24,000 nt of DNA from an uncultured Methanobacteriaceae archaeon (GCA_963785515.1 CAWAVR010000038.1:328082-352081); one strand, 5' to 3'; numbered from the stretch's first letter, positions 11,248 through 21,914 are shown. The notes: generated by a model from the sequence alone, not told the origin. Translations and numbers: made by a program.

Positions 11248-11724
11248 TTATAACTCCAAATTCTTCATTCGTAAAATTTTTATAGCTGTTTTAAGATCAT
11301 TACCGCATTCCTGTAAAATCTTATAAGCTTCTTCTTCAGAAACTTGGAAAGTTTCCGATAGAGCTTTAACACCTTCAGTTATAGAAGAATTAGATAATCC
11401 CACTAATTCTTCAGATAATAATTTTTTAAGCTGCATATATTCATTTTCACTCATATCAATTCTTTTCATTAACATATCCCTTAATGGACATGGTTTAGAT
11501 GGTTTACAGCACCATACCAAGGATCCGAAACAAGTTCCTTCGCCGTGGCCTAATCTTGTTTTTTCGCCAAATTTTTCTTTTATATTAATATAATCTTGAG
11601 GTGTGAGTTTAGCATCTTCCAGTGCATATAATATGGGGCAGGGTTTTACTGGTGGACAACAAAATGCTAAAGCTCTTTTATCACCTCCCCTGCATACATG
11701 TGATGGTGAATCTTCCCAATCCAT
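11248..11724 (-). CDS. methanogenesis marker protein 9 (eight-Cys duplicated domain) with a UBA-like C-terminal tail
   Basis: 158 aa. Two copies of C-x(n)-CCxxxKPCP (VCRGG...[11 protein letters not shown] and TCFGS...[11 protein letters not shown]) give eight Cys. This matches my recollection of the methanogen-only marker domain 9. The C-terminus [25 protein letters not shown] resembles UBA / EF-Ts-N / NAC tails. GGAGGA (11735-11730) lies inside the atwA 3' end, 5 nt before the ATG. Confidence 0.7.
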   Translation of the reverse strand: MDWEDSPSHVCRGGDKRALAFCCPPVKPCPILYALEDAKLTPQDYINIKEKFGEKTRLGHGEGTCFGSLVWCCKPSKPCPLRDMLMKRIDMSENEYMQLKKLLSEELVGLSNSSITEGVKALSETFQVSEEEAYKILQECGNDLKTAIKILRMKNLEL

Positions 11725-11725
11725 T

Positions 11726-13333
11726 CTATTCCTCCGTAAACATCTTCTTTTTCTCTGTAGGTGTTAAGTCCTCAACTATATTTTGTGGTTCTCCAATCTT
11801 TAGGATTTTTCCCCCTCTCATTAATGCGGCTCGATCGCAGACTTCTAGCACAAAATCCATATCATGACTTATTATTAGGAAAGTTTGGTTAAGCTCTTCA
11901 CGAGCTTTTCTTATAGAATCCGTCACTTGAACACGGGTTATAGGATCCATAGTTCCGGTGGGTTCGTCTAAGATTACGATGTTAGGTTCTTTTATCAGTA
12001 CTTGGGCTAAAGCTACCCGATGACGTTCTCCACCACTTAATTCATCAGGACATTTAGTTAATAAACTATCAGCATATTCTTCATCAAAACCAACTGCTTT
12101 AAGCACATATAATGCTTTCATTTTAGCAAATTCTGCTGGAAGTTCTAGACTTATAGCTATAGTGAGATTTCCCAAAACATTTCGATGAGGATAGAGACTG
12201 TATTCTTGGTGAAGTATTCCCAAGTAAGGTTTCACTCTTCCTCTTCCAATGAATCCTTTTTGAGTCATGTCTATCCAGTTATCTCCCAGTTTTACTGCTA
12301 TAATCCCGTCGCTGGGGTCGGTTAAACCATAAAGTATTCTAGATAGGGTGGTTTTACCAGCACCACTTAAACCTACTACACCGAATATTTCTCCTTCATC
12401 TACTTCAAAACTTACATCATCGACAGCCTTCACTACACCTCTTTCTATTGAGTAATAATATTTTTTAACTCCTTCCAGTTTAATTATGGGGCCGCCGATT
12501 TTAATTACATCTCGTTTTTCAGGTAGAGGTACCTGATCTAGGAATTTCTGTACAATTATTGCGGGATTACCTTCTTCTATGATTTCTCCTTTTTCTAGCC
12601 ATATTACATGGTCAGAGAGTTTTTTCATTACTTCCGGCCAGTGTGAGGTGATAATCATGGTTGTGTTTTTTTGTTTTACTCCTTCTAGGAGTGCTTGATG
12701 TATTAATTCTGCTGTTTTGGGGTCTAGTGTTCCAGTGGGTTCGTCTGCTAAGAATAACATGGGTTCTTTTGCCATTTGTCTGGCCAGTACTACTCTTTGT
12801 TTTTCCCCACCACTAAGGTCTCGAGCGATATGTGTGATACGATGGGTCATTTGGACTGTGTCAATAAGGTCAATGGCCATATTTGTGCTTTCATCTTCAT
12901 CGTGTCCGCTGATGGATTTTATTACATTATCAATTACAGTATCGTCCTCGTAGAGGGCGAAAGTTCTTTGAAGCATAATGGATATTCTTCTTTTTATAGC
13001 TGAGAATAATAGTCGTTCACAATTCCAGAAATCCACTTTATATGGTTCAAATTCGCATCCACAGATACTACAAGTTTTCCCAGCGCGTGATGGTGCGTCT
13101 ACAATTCTACAATCTGGGCATAAAGCAACGTTATAAAAGATTTTTCCTTTATCTGGCTTGTAATCTTGCATTCCTCGTAGCATATTTATTAAAACAGATT
13201 TTCCGGCACCACTTCTTCCTAAAATACCTAGAACACTTCCTTCCTCTATGTTCATGCTAATGTTTTTCAGAACATCTACGCCTTTAAACGTCTTGGTGAT
13301 ATTTTCTATTTCTATAAAAGACATGAAACACAT
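11726..13333 (-). CDS. atwA: methyl-coenzyme M reductase system component A2 (twin ABC-ATPase)
   Basis: 535 aa soluble protein with two ABC cassettes. Walker A motifs are GRSGAGKS and GLSGAGKT, signatures are LSGGEKQR and LSGGERHR, and Walker B motifs are LFLADEPT and IVILDEPT. There is no membrane domain, and it sits next to marker 9. The alternative start ATG at 13324 (MSFIEIENI) is better spaced from AAGGA and may be the true start. Confidence 0.88.
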   Translation of the reverse strand: MCFMSFIEIENITKTFKGVDVLKNISMNIEEGSVLGILGRSGAGKSVLINMLRGMQDYKPDKGKIFYNVALCPDCRIVDAPSRAGKTCSICGCEFEPYKVDFWNCERLLFSAIKRRISIMLQRTFALYEDDTVIDNVIKSISGHDEDESTNMAIDLIDTVQMTHRITHIARDLSGGEKQRVVLARQMAKEPMLFLADEPTGTLDPKTAELIHQALLEGVKQKNTTMIITSHWPEVMKKLSDHVIWLEKGEIIEEGNPAIIVQKFLDQVPLPEKRDVIKIGGPIIKLEGVKKYYYSIERGVVKAVDDVSFEVDEGEIFGVVGLSGAGKTTLSRILYGLTDPSDGIIAVKLGDNWIDMTQKGFIGRGRVKPYLGILHQEYSLYPHRNVLGNLTIAISLELPAEFAKMKALYVLKAVGFDEEYADSLLTKCPDELSGGERHRVALAQVLIKEPNIVILDEPTGTMDPITRVQVTDSIRKAREELNQTFLIISHDMDFVLEVCDRAALMRGGKILKIGEPQNIVEDLTPTEKKKMFTEE

Positions 13334-13486
13334 CCTTTTATTTTGATTTTATGATTAAATATTAATTAATTATAAGATTCTTTTCAATAATATTTGATCT
13401 TAATTTTGATTCATACTTTTTTTGGTTAATATTTGATTTTTTTTTATGAAAATTTTTTCACATATTTATTTTATTTTCATTCAGAT

Positions 13487-14221
13487 TTATATTAATGAAA
13501 GATCAAAGGGTATTATTCCATACTTAAGGCATCGTGCCATAGATATACCATCTGCACCGGCAGAAATCATCTTTCGAGCTGATTCAACGTCATGTATGTA
13601 ATTATTTCCAATTAGAAATATGTCTGTATTTTCTTTAATGGAAGATATTATATTGTAATCTGCATTTTTATATCCTGTTTTCACAGCATCCACATGTAGA
13701 AAGTCAGCTCCAGATTCTTCCACAATTCTAGAAATTGTAATTATATCAGTATTTGGAGTGTTAGCTCGTATTTTCACTGAAACTTTACAAGCAGACTTTT
13801 TTACAACTTCTTTAGTAAATTTCTTTAACAAATTAGGTTCCATGAGCAATGCCTGTCCACATTTTAAATTCACTATTTCTGGTTGTTGGCAATGTGCATT
13901 TATTTCCACGACATCCACACCATTCAATTTTGAAATTTCAATTATTGGTTTAGGTGTGGTGGAGCGGATATTAACAGATACTTTACCATTCCAATCTGTA
14001 TGATCTTTAATTATATTGGTTTGTTGATTTATATGGTTTATTATCTCTGTTTCTGGAATATTAAATTCTGCTCTGCCTCTTTGGATAATCATACGCCCTG
14101 CATTTATAGTCTTCTTATCAGCATTGTAACCTCCAATGGTCACCATATCAAAACCATGGGGGGCTAGTTCACTGCAGAATTTTCCATCAGTTATACCTGC
14201 CATGGGTGCTATAACTTCAAT
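13487..14221 (-). CDS. dihydrouridine-synthase-like FMN TIM-barrel protein (MJ0144 family)
   Basis: DUS/DHOD-like motifs are present: APMAGITD, VEINAHCQQP (the Cys position of the DUS N-x-G-C-P motif), VSVKIR and FLHVDA. The first ATG is at 14203, but the frame stays open upstream to the TAA at 14260-14258. AGGAG (14233-14229) sits 7 nt before an in-frame ATT at 14221, which would restore the beta-1 strand IEVIAPMAG. The 5' end is therefore uncertain (14203 or 14221). Confidence 0.65.
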   Translation of the reverse strand: MEVIAPMAGITDGKFCSELAPHGFDMVTIGGYNADKKTINAGRMIIQRGRAEFNIPETEIINHINQQTNIIKDHTDWNGKVSVNIRSTTPKPIIEISKLNGVDVVEINAHCQQPEIVNLKCGQALLMEPNLLKKFTKEVVKKSACKVSVKIRANTPNTDIITISRIVEESGADFLHVDAVKTGYKNADYNIISSIKENTDIFLIGNNYIHDVESARKMISAGADGISMARCLKYGIIPFDLSLI

Positions 14222-14363
14222 AGATACACTCCTGTTTTTATTTTTAAATTTAATAGATTAATATAAATCATAAATAACATTATTTAATAATTGTAGCAAA
14301 AAAATATAACTTTATTTTGATAAAATAATTTTAAACAAAAAAATATTCATCAATTAATTATCA

Positions 14364-15119
14364 TTATTCCTTCATAACATGAACTAAATCATAAGTAAAT
14401 CCGCCCCTTATCTCTTCCAAGGCAAGATCTGCTAAATTAGCAGCCTTCTCAGCGGTGGGAGCTTTTCCAACGCCAGCTTTAAGTGCTATATTAATTTCTG
14501 CCTCTATTTCTTTGATAATCTTCAAAAGTCCTTGAGGTTCTAAACCATTACAAGGAGACATGAAGTTATCACCACCAATAAAAAACAGTAAAGATCCCTT
14601 TTCAATCAATTTCTTCATAAGAAAATGTTGAACCCGATTAACAATAAAAGAAGTATCATATGCAGGAATTATGTCTGTTAAAGAATCAGTTATACCATTT
14701 ATATCGATATGGGCTATCTGAACAAAGCTTTCATCACGCTTTGCCATACTATCTATTGCCAAAACTTCCTTTCTATCCTCAGACTGGGCTCCACCATAAT
14801 TTTGCAAGACATTAGTAGCCTTCCTTTGAGCATCATAAGGAGTTACAGCTGACCCTACACCCATACTCACAGTTACAGGATAACGGTTTCCAATTGACCT
14901 TTGAATACGGATATGATCTTCCATATCAACACCATTAGTCACAGCTAACATATTATCAAAACGGGTGAAAAATACTAATCCACCTTTAGCAGCAAACTGT
15001 CTCTGCAGATCTGCATAAAGTTCTGACTGTAAAATCTGTAGATCAGCCTCAGCCCGAGGTGTAGGAGTCACGGTCCACGGACCATAATTATCAATCTGAA
15101 TCAAAGTCATCTGAATCAT
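14364..15119 (-). CDS. gch3: GTP cyclohydrolase III (archaeal, FAPy-forming; ArfA)
   Basis: 251 aa. [19 protein letters not shown]...FTRFDN...VTVSMGVG...FFIGGDNFM is near-collinear with MJ0145 as I recall it. Its ATG overlaps the cofD stop (ATGA, 15119-15116). Confidence 0.88.
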   Translation of the reverse strand: MIQMTLIQIDNYGPWTVTPTPRAEADLQILQSELYADLQRQFAAKGGLVFFTRFDNMLAVTNGVDMEDHIRIQRSIGNRYPVTVSMGVGSAVTPYDAQRKATNVLQNYGGAQSEDRKEVLAIDSMAKRDESFVQIAHIDINGITDSLTDIIPAYDTSFIVNRVQHFLMKKLIEKGSLLFFIGGDNFMSPCNGLEPQGLLKIIKEIEAEINIALKAGVGKAPTAEKAANLADLALEEIRGGFTYDLVHVMKE

Positions 15120-16021
15120 AAAAATTCACCCAAAATATTTCTGGCTAACATCATTTTATCCTCGATGTTTTTCATATTGGTGTTTGTTACAACAACCTCT
15201 GATATTAGTTTTTCTATTTCTTCTTCATGAACAATATCATCTAAATCAATAAAGAACTTATCCAAAAAATTCTGATACATATTGGCAACACCACAAGAAG
15301 ACACTTCATAACCTAAAGCATGCATAAACTTCCCGGCAGGACCGCTTACAGGTTTATCTCCAATTATTGGGGATACACCAACTACATAGGATTTTTTGAG
15401 AGCATTACGGACATTTTTTGTTGATATTATTGGACCCACTGAAGTCACAGGATTGGATGGTCCTATAATTACCATATCTGAATTTTCAATGGATTCAATA
15501 ACCCCAGGGGCTGGCTCAACTTGATTATAATCTACACTTAGGACCTCGGGCTCGCATCTCAATTCTATCAAGAACTGATGGAAATCCAAATCTCCAACAT
15601 TAGTATTGATATTAATATGTGATTTCTGGTCACTCATGGGAATTATTCTTGATTTTATTCCTAAATTCTTCCTTTGGATATCAACAGCCTTCGAAAGAGG
15701 GTTATTCTCCAGAAGTAGTGTTTTTTGAATCTTTATCGCTCTATCTTGATCTCCAATTTTCAGAAGCTCTCCGCACCCGATCAAATTTAAAGTTTCATGG
15801 GTTATAAAGGTATCATCAGCAATACCATACCATGTTTCATCATTAATTATTCCAGCTAATGTATACATTACGGTGTCAATATCGGCAGTTACATAAACTC
15901 CGGAAAAATAAGAGTTTTCCAATGTATTAACAATTACTGTAATGTTTAAAGGATCTATAAGGCGATTTATGCCTTGCAAGAGTTTAGGGGTTCCCGTCCC
16001 GCCAGATAATACAGTTATCAT
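15116..16021 (-). CDS. cofD: 2-phospho-L-lactate transferase (F420 biosynthesis)
   Basis: 301 aa. The N-terminus [17 protein letters not shown] and the later IIGPSNP motif are typical of CofD. It is adjacent to cofE. Confidence 0.9.
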   Translation of the reverse strand: MITVLSGGTGTPKLLQGINRLIDPLNITVIVNTLENSYFSGVYVTADIDTVMYTLAGIINDETWYGIADDTFITHETLNLIGCGELLKIGDQDRAIKIQKTLLLENNPLSKAVDIQRKNLGIKSRIIPMSDQKSHININTNVGDLDFHQFLIELRCEPEVLSVDYNQVEPAPGVIESIENSDMVIIGPSNPVTSVGPIISTKNVRNALKKSYVVGVSPIIGDKPVSGPAGKFMHALGYEVSSCGVANMYQNFLDKFFIDLDDIVHEEEIEKLISEVVVTNTNMKNIEDKMMLARNILGEFL

Positions 16022-16088
16022 AACAATTTCACTTATTTGTGAATTATTTTTTCAATTAACGGATTATTTAAATTAAATCAAATTTAGT

Positions 16089-16850
16089 TCATAGAAATAC
16101 ATCATATTTTTTAGGTCTAATTAAAGGTTTAATATTAGCAAAATCATTTTTAAGCTGGTTAAAATAACTTAATCCTCTAATTAAAACTACAGGTATGCCT
16201 TCATTAGCTTGACCCATTACAATTGATGCTGCTGAAGCTAATTCATCTGCCACAGCTATACTGGTGGTTTTAAGCTCTTTACCATACAAATCTTTTTCAC
16301 CACTTCTATCCCACAGAGGATACAGACCAGATACGCCAATTGCAGTACCGATAGCTCCTTCCCTGAAAGCACGACCTTGTGTATCTGATACAATAACTGC
16401 TATATCTTTACCGGTAGAATTCTTAATTCTTCGCATAATTTGATTTGCACTTTTATCTGGATCTTCGGGAATTGGCGTGGCTAGTCCTTCATCAATATTT
16501 GACTCATCTATTCCAGCATTGGCACATATAAATCCATGTTTAGTCTCAGAAATTATAAAATTTGGTCCAACTTTAATAATTTCTTTTGACTCCTGGAGAA
16601 TGGCTTCTACGAGCTCTGGTCTTTTACCTGTCTTTGTTGCAAGTTTCAGTGCATTTGAACTAGGAATAATATTATTAAGTTCAATGATTTTTCCTTCTGC
16701 TTTAGATATGGCAGTTTCCGCTATTACTAGAACATCACCGTCATTAATCTCTAGATTCATCTGTTTTAGACATTCAAGAATTATATAATTGAGTAAATCT
16801 CCTTTTTTAATAATGGATATTCCCTCAACACCAATTATTTCAAGATTCAT
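16089..16850 (-). CDS. cofE: coenzyme F420-0:L-glutamate ligase
   Basis: CofE motifs are present: [28 protein letters not shown] and [12 protein letters not shown]. The ORF opens at 16880, but the second ATG at 16850 ([10 protein letters not shown]) matches the usual family N-terminus and has AGGT upstream. The start is uncertain by 30 nt. Confidence 0.88.
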   Translation of the reverse strand: MNLEIIGVEGISIIKKGDLLNYIILECLKQMNLEINDGDVLVIAETAISKAEGKIIELNNIIPSSNALKLATKTGKRPELVEAILQESKEIIKVGPNFIISETKHGFICANAGIDESNIDEGLATPIPEDPDKSANQIMRRIKNSTGKDIAVIVSDTQGRAFREGAIGTAIGVSGLYPLWDRSGEKDLYGKELKTTSIAVADELASAASIVMGQANEGIPVVLIRGLSYFNQLKNDFANIKPLIRPKKYDVFL

Positions 16851-16946
16851 TTTAATATACCTATAATCCAGTTTAATCATAATTTATAATATTGAATCAT
16901 TATTTACAAGGATATTAATAATTTATTCTGATAAATCTTGAGAGTT

Positions 16947-17549
16947 TCATATGGTACTTATGCTCCAACTTATCTTACCAAAAGCTGCTGCTGATGTCAC
17001 TGGATTAGTAAATTCAACAAATCCTGGTCCATTTAATATAAATTCAGATGCTGTATCAGCATCTTCTGCACAAAACTCTACTATTTTAGGTTTAATATGC
17101 TCATATGTAGCTATATAAGCGGATTTACCATCTGGAACCTTTTCTACAATTAAAGTATCATGAGTCACAATTCCAAGATAAGCATCTCCTGTTAATGAGG
17201 TTGCTCCAGCTATGCGGGGAGTGTTATAATCATCCTTCTCATAATCCATGGTTAATAGAGTTAATCCCAGAGCATCACGGATATTCATTCCTGAACCAAT
17301 TTTTTCGGCGATTACATCGGTTTGTGATCCATTAGAAACCACGGCCACATCATCAATTATTTTAATACAGTTATATGCAATGTAAGGATTTTTAAAAATA
17401 TCTTTTTCATAACCATCCCTAGGTATTACAGAAACCCGATCTTCGTAACCCTTAGTGGCACGGTTTGGAAAAGAACGGCTTGAAACACGATAAGCCGAGA
17501 ATTTACCATAATCTGTACTTCCTACAGCCAACATTCTACCTAAATACAT
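16947..17549 (-). CDS. purO: archaeal IMP cyclohydrolase
   Basis: [11 protein letters not shown]...[11 protein letters not shown] is the PurO family N-terminus. GGAGGA (17562-17557) lies 7 nt upstream of the ATG at 17549, so the longer ORF-track start at 17570 is unlikely. Confidence 0.88.
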   Translation of the reverse strand: MYLGRMLAVGSTDYGKFSAYRVSSRSFPNRATKGYEDRVSVIPRDGYEKDIFKNPYIAYNCIKIIDDVAVVSNGSQTDVIAEKIGSGMNIRDALGLTLLTMDYEKDDYNTPRIAGATSLTGDAYLGIVTHDTLIVEKVPDGKSAYIATYEHIKPKIVEFCAEDADTASEFILNGPGFVEFTNPVTSAAAFGKISWSISTI

Positions 17550-17696
17550 TCTTAAATCCTCCATTTCCAAGATTAATATATTATTTTTAAAAATTTATTA
17601 ATTTTATAATAATAAAAGTATTTTTACTTTTCTCTTAAAAAAAATCGAATTATATATTAATTTTGAAATTTCTTAAAAATAAATATTGTATGAAAG

Positions 17697-18308
17697 TTAT
17701 TTTTTGTATTTATTTACAGTAGCCCAAGATTTCCTCACAAAATCAGGCAATTCTTCGTATGAGATGTTTTTTAAGAATTTAATGGTTTTAGGATCGCTAG
17801 GATATCCAGATCCAATATCACTGAAAGTTTTCCGTAATTCGGCAATTTCCAAGTCTCGTTCAACTTTGGCTACAATGGATGCTGCAGCCACCACGACATA
17901 TTTATCCTCTGCATTATGTTCTGATATAACTTTTAAATCTGGGAAAACCGTCTCCATTTCGCTTTTAAATCTCTCTGGCTTTACATCTATACAATCTATG
18001 ATAGAGATGGCTGCATTCGAGTCTTTAATAATTTTTTGCATTGCTATTTTCTCTATTTGATTCAAATTTAAGTCTTTAGATCTTAAAAAATCTATATCAT
18101 GGGCAGTTATTTTAACTATATGATATTCCGTTATTTTCTTAATTTTTCTAGAGAGGATAGTTCTTTTTTTTGGAGAAATCTTTTTAGAATCCTTTAATTT
18201 AAGTCTTTCAAGATATTTAATTCTATTTTCTTTTAGAGCGATTCCTGATACTACTAGTGGACCTAATACTGATCCTCTACCAGCTTCATCTATTCCTACT
18301 ATCTTCAT
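17697..18308 (-). CDS. rnhB: ribonuclease HII
   Basis: 203 aa. GIDEAGRGSVLGPLVV is the first catalytic Asp-Glu motif, followed by the DSKK and ASIVAK motifs. Confidence 0.92.
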   Translation of the reverse strand: MKIVGIDEAGRGSVLGPLVVSGIALKENRIKYLERLKLKDSKKISPKKRTILSRKIKKITEYHIVKITAHDIDFLRSKDLNLNQIEKIAMQKIIKDSNAAISIIDCIDVKPERFKSEMETVFPDLKVISEHNAEDKYVVVAAASIVAKVERDLEIAELRKTFSDIGSGYPSDPKTIKFLKNISYEELPDFVRKSWATVNKYKK

Positions 18309-18375
18309 TTTTCTTCATACAGATTTTTGAGGTTGATGAAAAGGTAATTGGGAAATATTTTTTTTTGACTGAAAC

Positions 18376-18413
18376 AAAATAAAAAAAAGTTATTTATTGA
18401 TTTAGTTTAAATC
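18376..18413 (-). terminator. hairpin plus T8 tract downstream of the MreB-like gene
   Basis: On the minus strand, just after the TAA (18423-18421), comes GATTTA-aac-TAAATC, a 6-bp stem at 18413-18399. It is followed by TTTTTTTTATTTT (18388-18376). Confidence 0.45.
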
Positions 18414-18420
18414 AGTAAAT

Positions 18421-19494
<1,074 letters not shown>

Positions 19495-19496
19495 CT

Positions 19497-20123
19497 TTAA
19501 TCCTCCTCTAAAAATTTATTGAATTCTATCACAAATAACTTATTATGCTTGACTAATTCTTTAATTCGTTCTTTATCATTTTCAACAGATATTAGGACAG
19601 TAGATATGGCAATATCTGTCATTTTGAATAAAGGATCAATAGTTTTACGTATAATTGATGGCATCTTGTTTGTTAAGTATACATCAGTCTCAATAAATCC
19701 TGTAGTTTTGTCTTCTAATAAAAATGTAAACTTAAGATGATTTTTTTCACAGTCACCCATAAATTTTTTTATATGATTATCAGGGCCTACTACTAAGAGG
19801 AGTTCTGACTCATTCTCTGTGTAATAAGGAGCTATCTTTAGATAGGCGCCTCCTTGTTCCTTGCTAATTGAAGTTAAATCTCTTATTTTATTTACATCAC
19901 CATATAATAGTAAGAAATCGAATTTCTGAGTTATAAATGATTCTTTATTTGCTATGTGTTCTCTGCAAAGAATTTTAACTCTTTCTTTATCTAGTATTGC
20001 CTCATACGCTGCATTATTAATCAATTCTTCGCTACCAGCAATAACACACCATAATTTATCTGCATCATGAGAAGTGGATACCGTCGCAGCTTTCCTCAAA
20101 GTCTTAATTTTATTCTCTATCAT
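19497..20123 (-). CDS. hypothetical cytoplasmic protein, translationally coupled upstream of mreB
   Basis: 208-aa ORF with no TM segment and no motif I recognise. Coding is supported by its length in an AT-rich genome, its non-repetitive composition and the SD/stop/start junction with mreB. Confidence 0.6.
   Translation of the reverse strand: MIENKIKTLRKAATVSTSHDADKLWCVIAGSEELINNAAYEAILDKERVKILCREHIANKESFITQKFDFLLLYGDVNKIRDLTSISKEQGGAYLKIAPYYTENESELLLVVGPDNHIKKFMGDCEKNHLKFTFLLEDKTTGFIETDVYLTNKMPSIIRKTIDPLFKMTDIAISTVLISVENDKERIKELVKHNKLFVIEFNKFLEED
19501..19506 (-). promoter_or_regulatory. Shine-Dalgarno (GGAGGA) for the MreB-like gene, embedded in the last codons of the upstream ORF
   Basis: The minus strand reads GAG GAG GAT TAA ag TTG. 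GGAGGA lies 6 nt before the TTG start, and the upstream stop lies 2 nt before it. Confidence 0.7.
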
Positions 20124-20479
20124 CAGTTAATCACTCTTTCAGTTAAATAGATCAGATTAAATTCAGATTGGATTATTATAAAATTAATTGATCACATATA
20201 ACTAATAATTACAAAATTCTATTGATTAATATAATAATTATTCAAGTGATTCTTTATGTTATAATCATATATAAATAGAGTGATGTCATTGGAACATCTT
20301 ATTCGAATCTCATACATAATATTATCTAATAGTTATTTATTACTAAATTTGATTCATTATTTCCATAAATAGCTCATCATATTATTAATTGTATTATATT
20401 AAATTTTGAAGTAATTTTTATTTGAATAACTGAAAATAAAAAAATAATTATGCTGTTTAGCTGGTGCTAGTGAATAAAA

Positions 20480-21142
20480 ATGTTTGTGAAAGGAATTTTA
20501 AAAATAACAATCATATTAATAATCCTTGCAATATTGCTTTTATCATTTGGTGATCTATTATTCAGTTTAATCATATTTTTAATTATTATATTCTTGTTAC
20601 AGTTTTTTAGAGATCCTTCTCGTAAATCACCAGAGGATGAGGGAGTAGTAGTGGCAGCTGCAGATGGGAGATTTCTTAATGGTAAAATAGATATTATAAA
20701 AATAGTTAAATCAGATAATCACTTAATGAGTCAAATTTTAGAGAAGAATGAAAAAGGGATATTAATAAGCACATACATGTCAGGCTTAGATGTCCATGTA
20801 AATCGAGTTCCCATAACTGGTAAAATAATCAAAACTCAATATTATCCTGGTAAATTCAAACTTGCCCAAGGTGACGTACATAAAGAAAATGAAAAGAATT
20901 TGATCGTAATAGAATCGAAATATGGGAAAGTTGGTGTGGTACAGATTGCGGGTTTTATGGCCAGACGCATTGTACAATATGTCCAAATTGGGGATATTGT
21001 GCACACTGGGGATCGCTTAGGGATGATTAGATTCGGATCACGTGTTGATGTGATAATTCCTTACAAAAATTCTCGATTAATAATTCAAGAAGGAGAAAGA
21101 CCTAAAGCTGGAGAAACCATTATTGCTAAAATGATGGAATAA
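20480..21142 (+). CDS. psd: phosphatidylserine (archaetidylserine) decarboxylase proenzyme, short archaeal type
   Basis: 220 aa. It has a hydrophobic N-terminus and then a Psd-related domain (AADGR, VHVNRVP, QIAGF) ending in the FGSRVDV Gly-Ser self-cleavage (pyruvoyl) motif. Confidence 0.85.
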   Translation: MFVKGILKITIILIILAILLLSFGDLLFSLIIFLIIIFLLQFFRDPSRKSPEDEGVVVAAADGRFLNGKIDIIKIVKSDNHLMSQILEKNEKGILISTYMSGLDVHVNRVPITGKIIKTQYYPGKFKLAQGDVHKENEKNLIVIESKYGKVGVVQIAGFMARRIVQYVQIGDIVHTGDRLGMIRFGSRVDVIIPYKNSRLIIQEGERPKAGETIIAKMME

Positions 21143-21167
21143 AGATTTTAATAATTAATTTTTATTA

Positions 21168-21914
21168 ATGATGAAATTTTGGAGTTTCAAAAGAATGTAC
21201 CTAAAATATCAGTTGGCATTACCCGATTTAATTTCTTTGATCAATGCATCTTTTGGATTTATAGCTATCATTATGGTGTCCAGGGGTGATCTAGTACTAG
21301 CAGCTAAATTTATACTCTTTGCAGTTATATTAGATTTTTTAGATGGCTGGGTGGCCCGCAAGACCAAAAGAGTTGACCAAGTTGGATTTGGAAAAAATAT
21401 TGATTCATTATCTGATGTGATATCATTTGGTGTTGCACCGGGAATGCTTTTGTATTCAGCATCCACATCCTTTAGTATCCCATACATTAATATACTAGTT
21501 TCTCTTTTAATAGTATTATGTGGGATAATAAGACTCTCAAGGTTCAATGTACTTTCAAATTCATCTCCAAGTTTAAGTAGAGATAAATTCATAGGATTAC
21601 CTATACCTTCAACAGCATTGATTCTTGGATCATTATATCTATCAAATATATTCAATATTGAACTTTCATTAGCTATAATGGGGGTTGTATCCATCCTAAT
21701 GGTAAGTAATTTCGAATATCCTAAAATTAAAAATACAAAACTACTACTTGTAGGCGGCTTGTTAATAATCTTAACTTGTTTACCACAAAGCATTACATCT
21801 GTAATTTTAAATCTTCCCGCAAACTTTTTATTCATCCTTACATTACTATACCTATTAACAGTGCCTTTTATGCATTTATATGCCAACCTTCGCAGAAGTG
21901 GTCAAAAATGTTAG
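21168..21914 (+). CDS. pssA: CDP-alcohol phosphatidyltransferase, archaetidylserine/phosphatidylserine synthase type
   Basis: 248-aa polytopic membrane protein with the CDP-alcohol transferase motif DGWVAR-x(n)-G-KNI-D-SLS-D. It follows psd directly. An alternative start at 21195 has GGAG 10 nt upstream. Confidence 0.88.
   Translation: MMKFWSFKRMYLKYQLALPDLISLINASFGFIAIIMVSRGDLVLAAKFILFAVILDFLDGWVARKTKRVDQVGFGKNIDSLSDVISFGVAPGMLLYSASTSFSIPYINILVSLLIVLCGIIRLSRFNVLSNSSPSLSRDKFIGLPIPSTALILGSLYLSNIFNIELSLAIMGVVSILMVSNFEYPKIKNTKLLLVGGLLIILTCLPQSITSVILNLPANFLFILTLLYLLTVPFMHLYANLRRSGQKC

Noticed and set aside
11105-11867. Plus-strand ORFs 11105-11326 and 11622-11867 bridging minus-strand gene junctions
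   Set aside because: They are antisense to the tightly coupled atwA/marker-9/sirC genes and have hydrophobic low-complexity translations with no start context.
13388-13437. 11-bp direct repeat TAATATTTGAT (13388-13398 and 13427-13437) upstream of atwA
   Set aside because: It could be a regulator site or duplicated TATA-like element. However, an 11-mer made only of A, T and one G recurring within 150 bp of such AT-rich DNA is not clearly beyond chance. There is no dyad symmetry and no third copy.
17550-17570. Longer purO start (MEMEDLRM...)
   Set aside because: The GGAGGA inside this stretch is ideally placed for the ATG at 17549, which gives the family-typical MYLGR N-terminus.
20124-20479. 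356-bp divergent spacer between the mreB unit and psd, considered as a possible ncRNA or origin
   Set aside because: I found only AT-rich sequence with short imperfect repeats and no conserved-looking structure. It most simply holds two divergent promoters, and it is mentioned under the locus-level finding instead.
21209-21886. 225-aa minus-strand ORF covering almost all of pssA
   Set aside because: It is antisense to a gene with a clear CDP-alcohol transferase motif and membrane topology. Its translation has no recognisable motif, and it is a typical shadow ORF in an AT-rich genome.
21776-21907. The ORF-track 5' extension (44 codons) of the unknown membrane protein
   Set aside because: The extension lies entirely inside the pssA coding region in another frame and encodes odd sequence (MFTTKHYICNFKSS...). 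The ATG at 21908 overlaps the pssA stop and begins the plausible protein.
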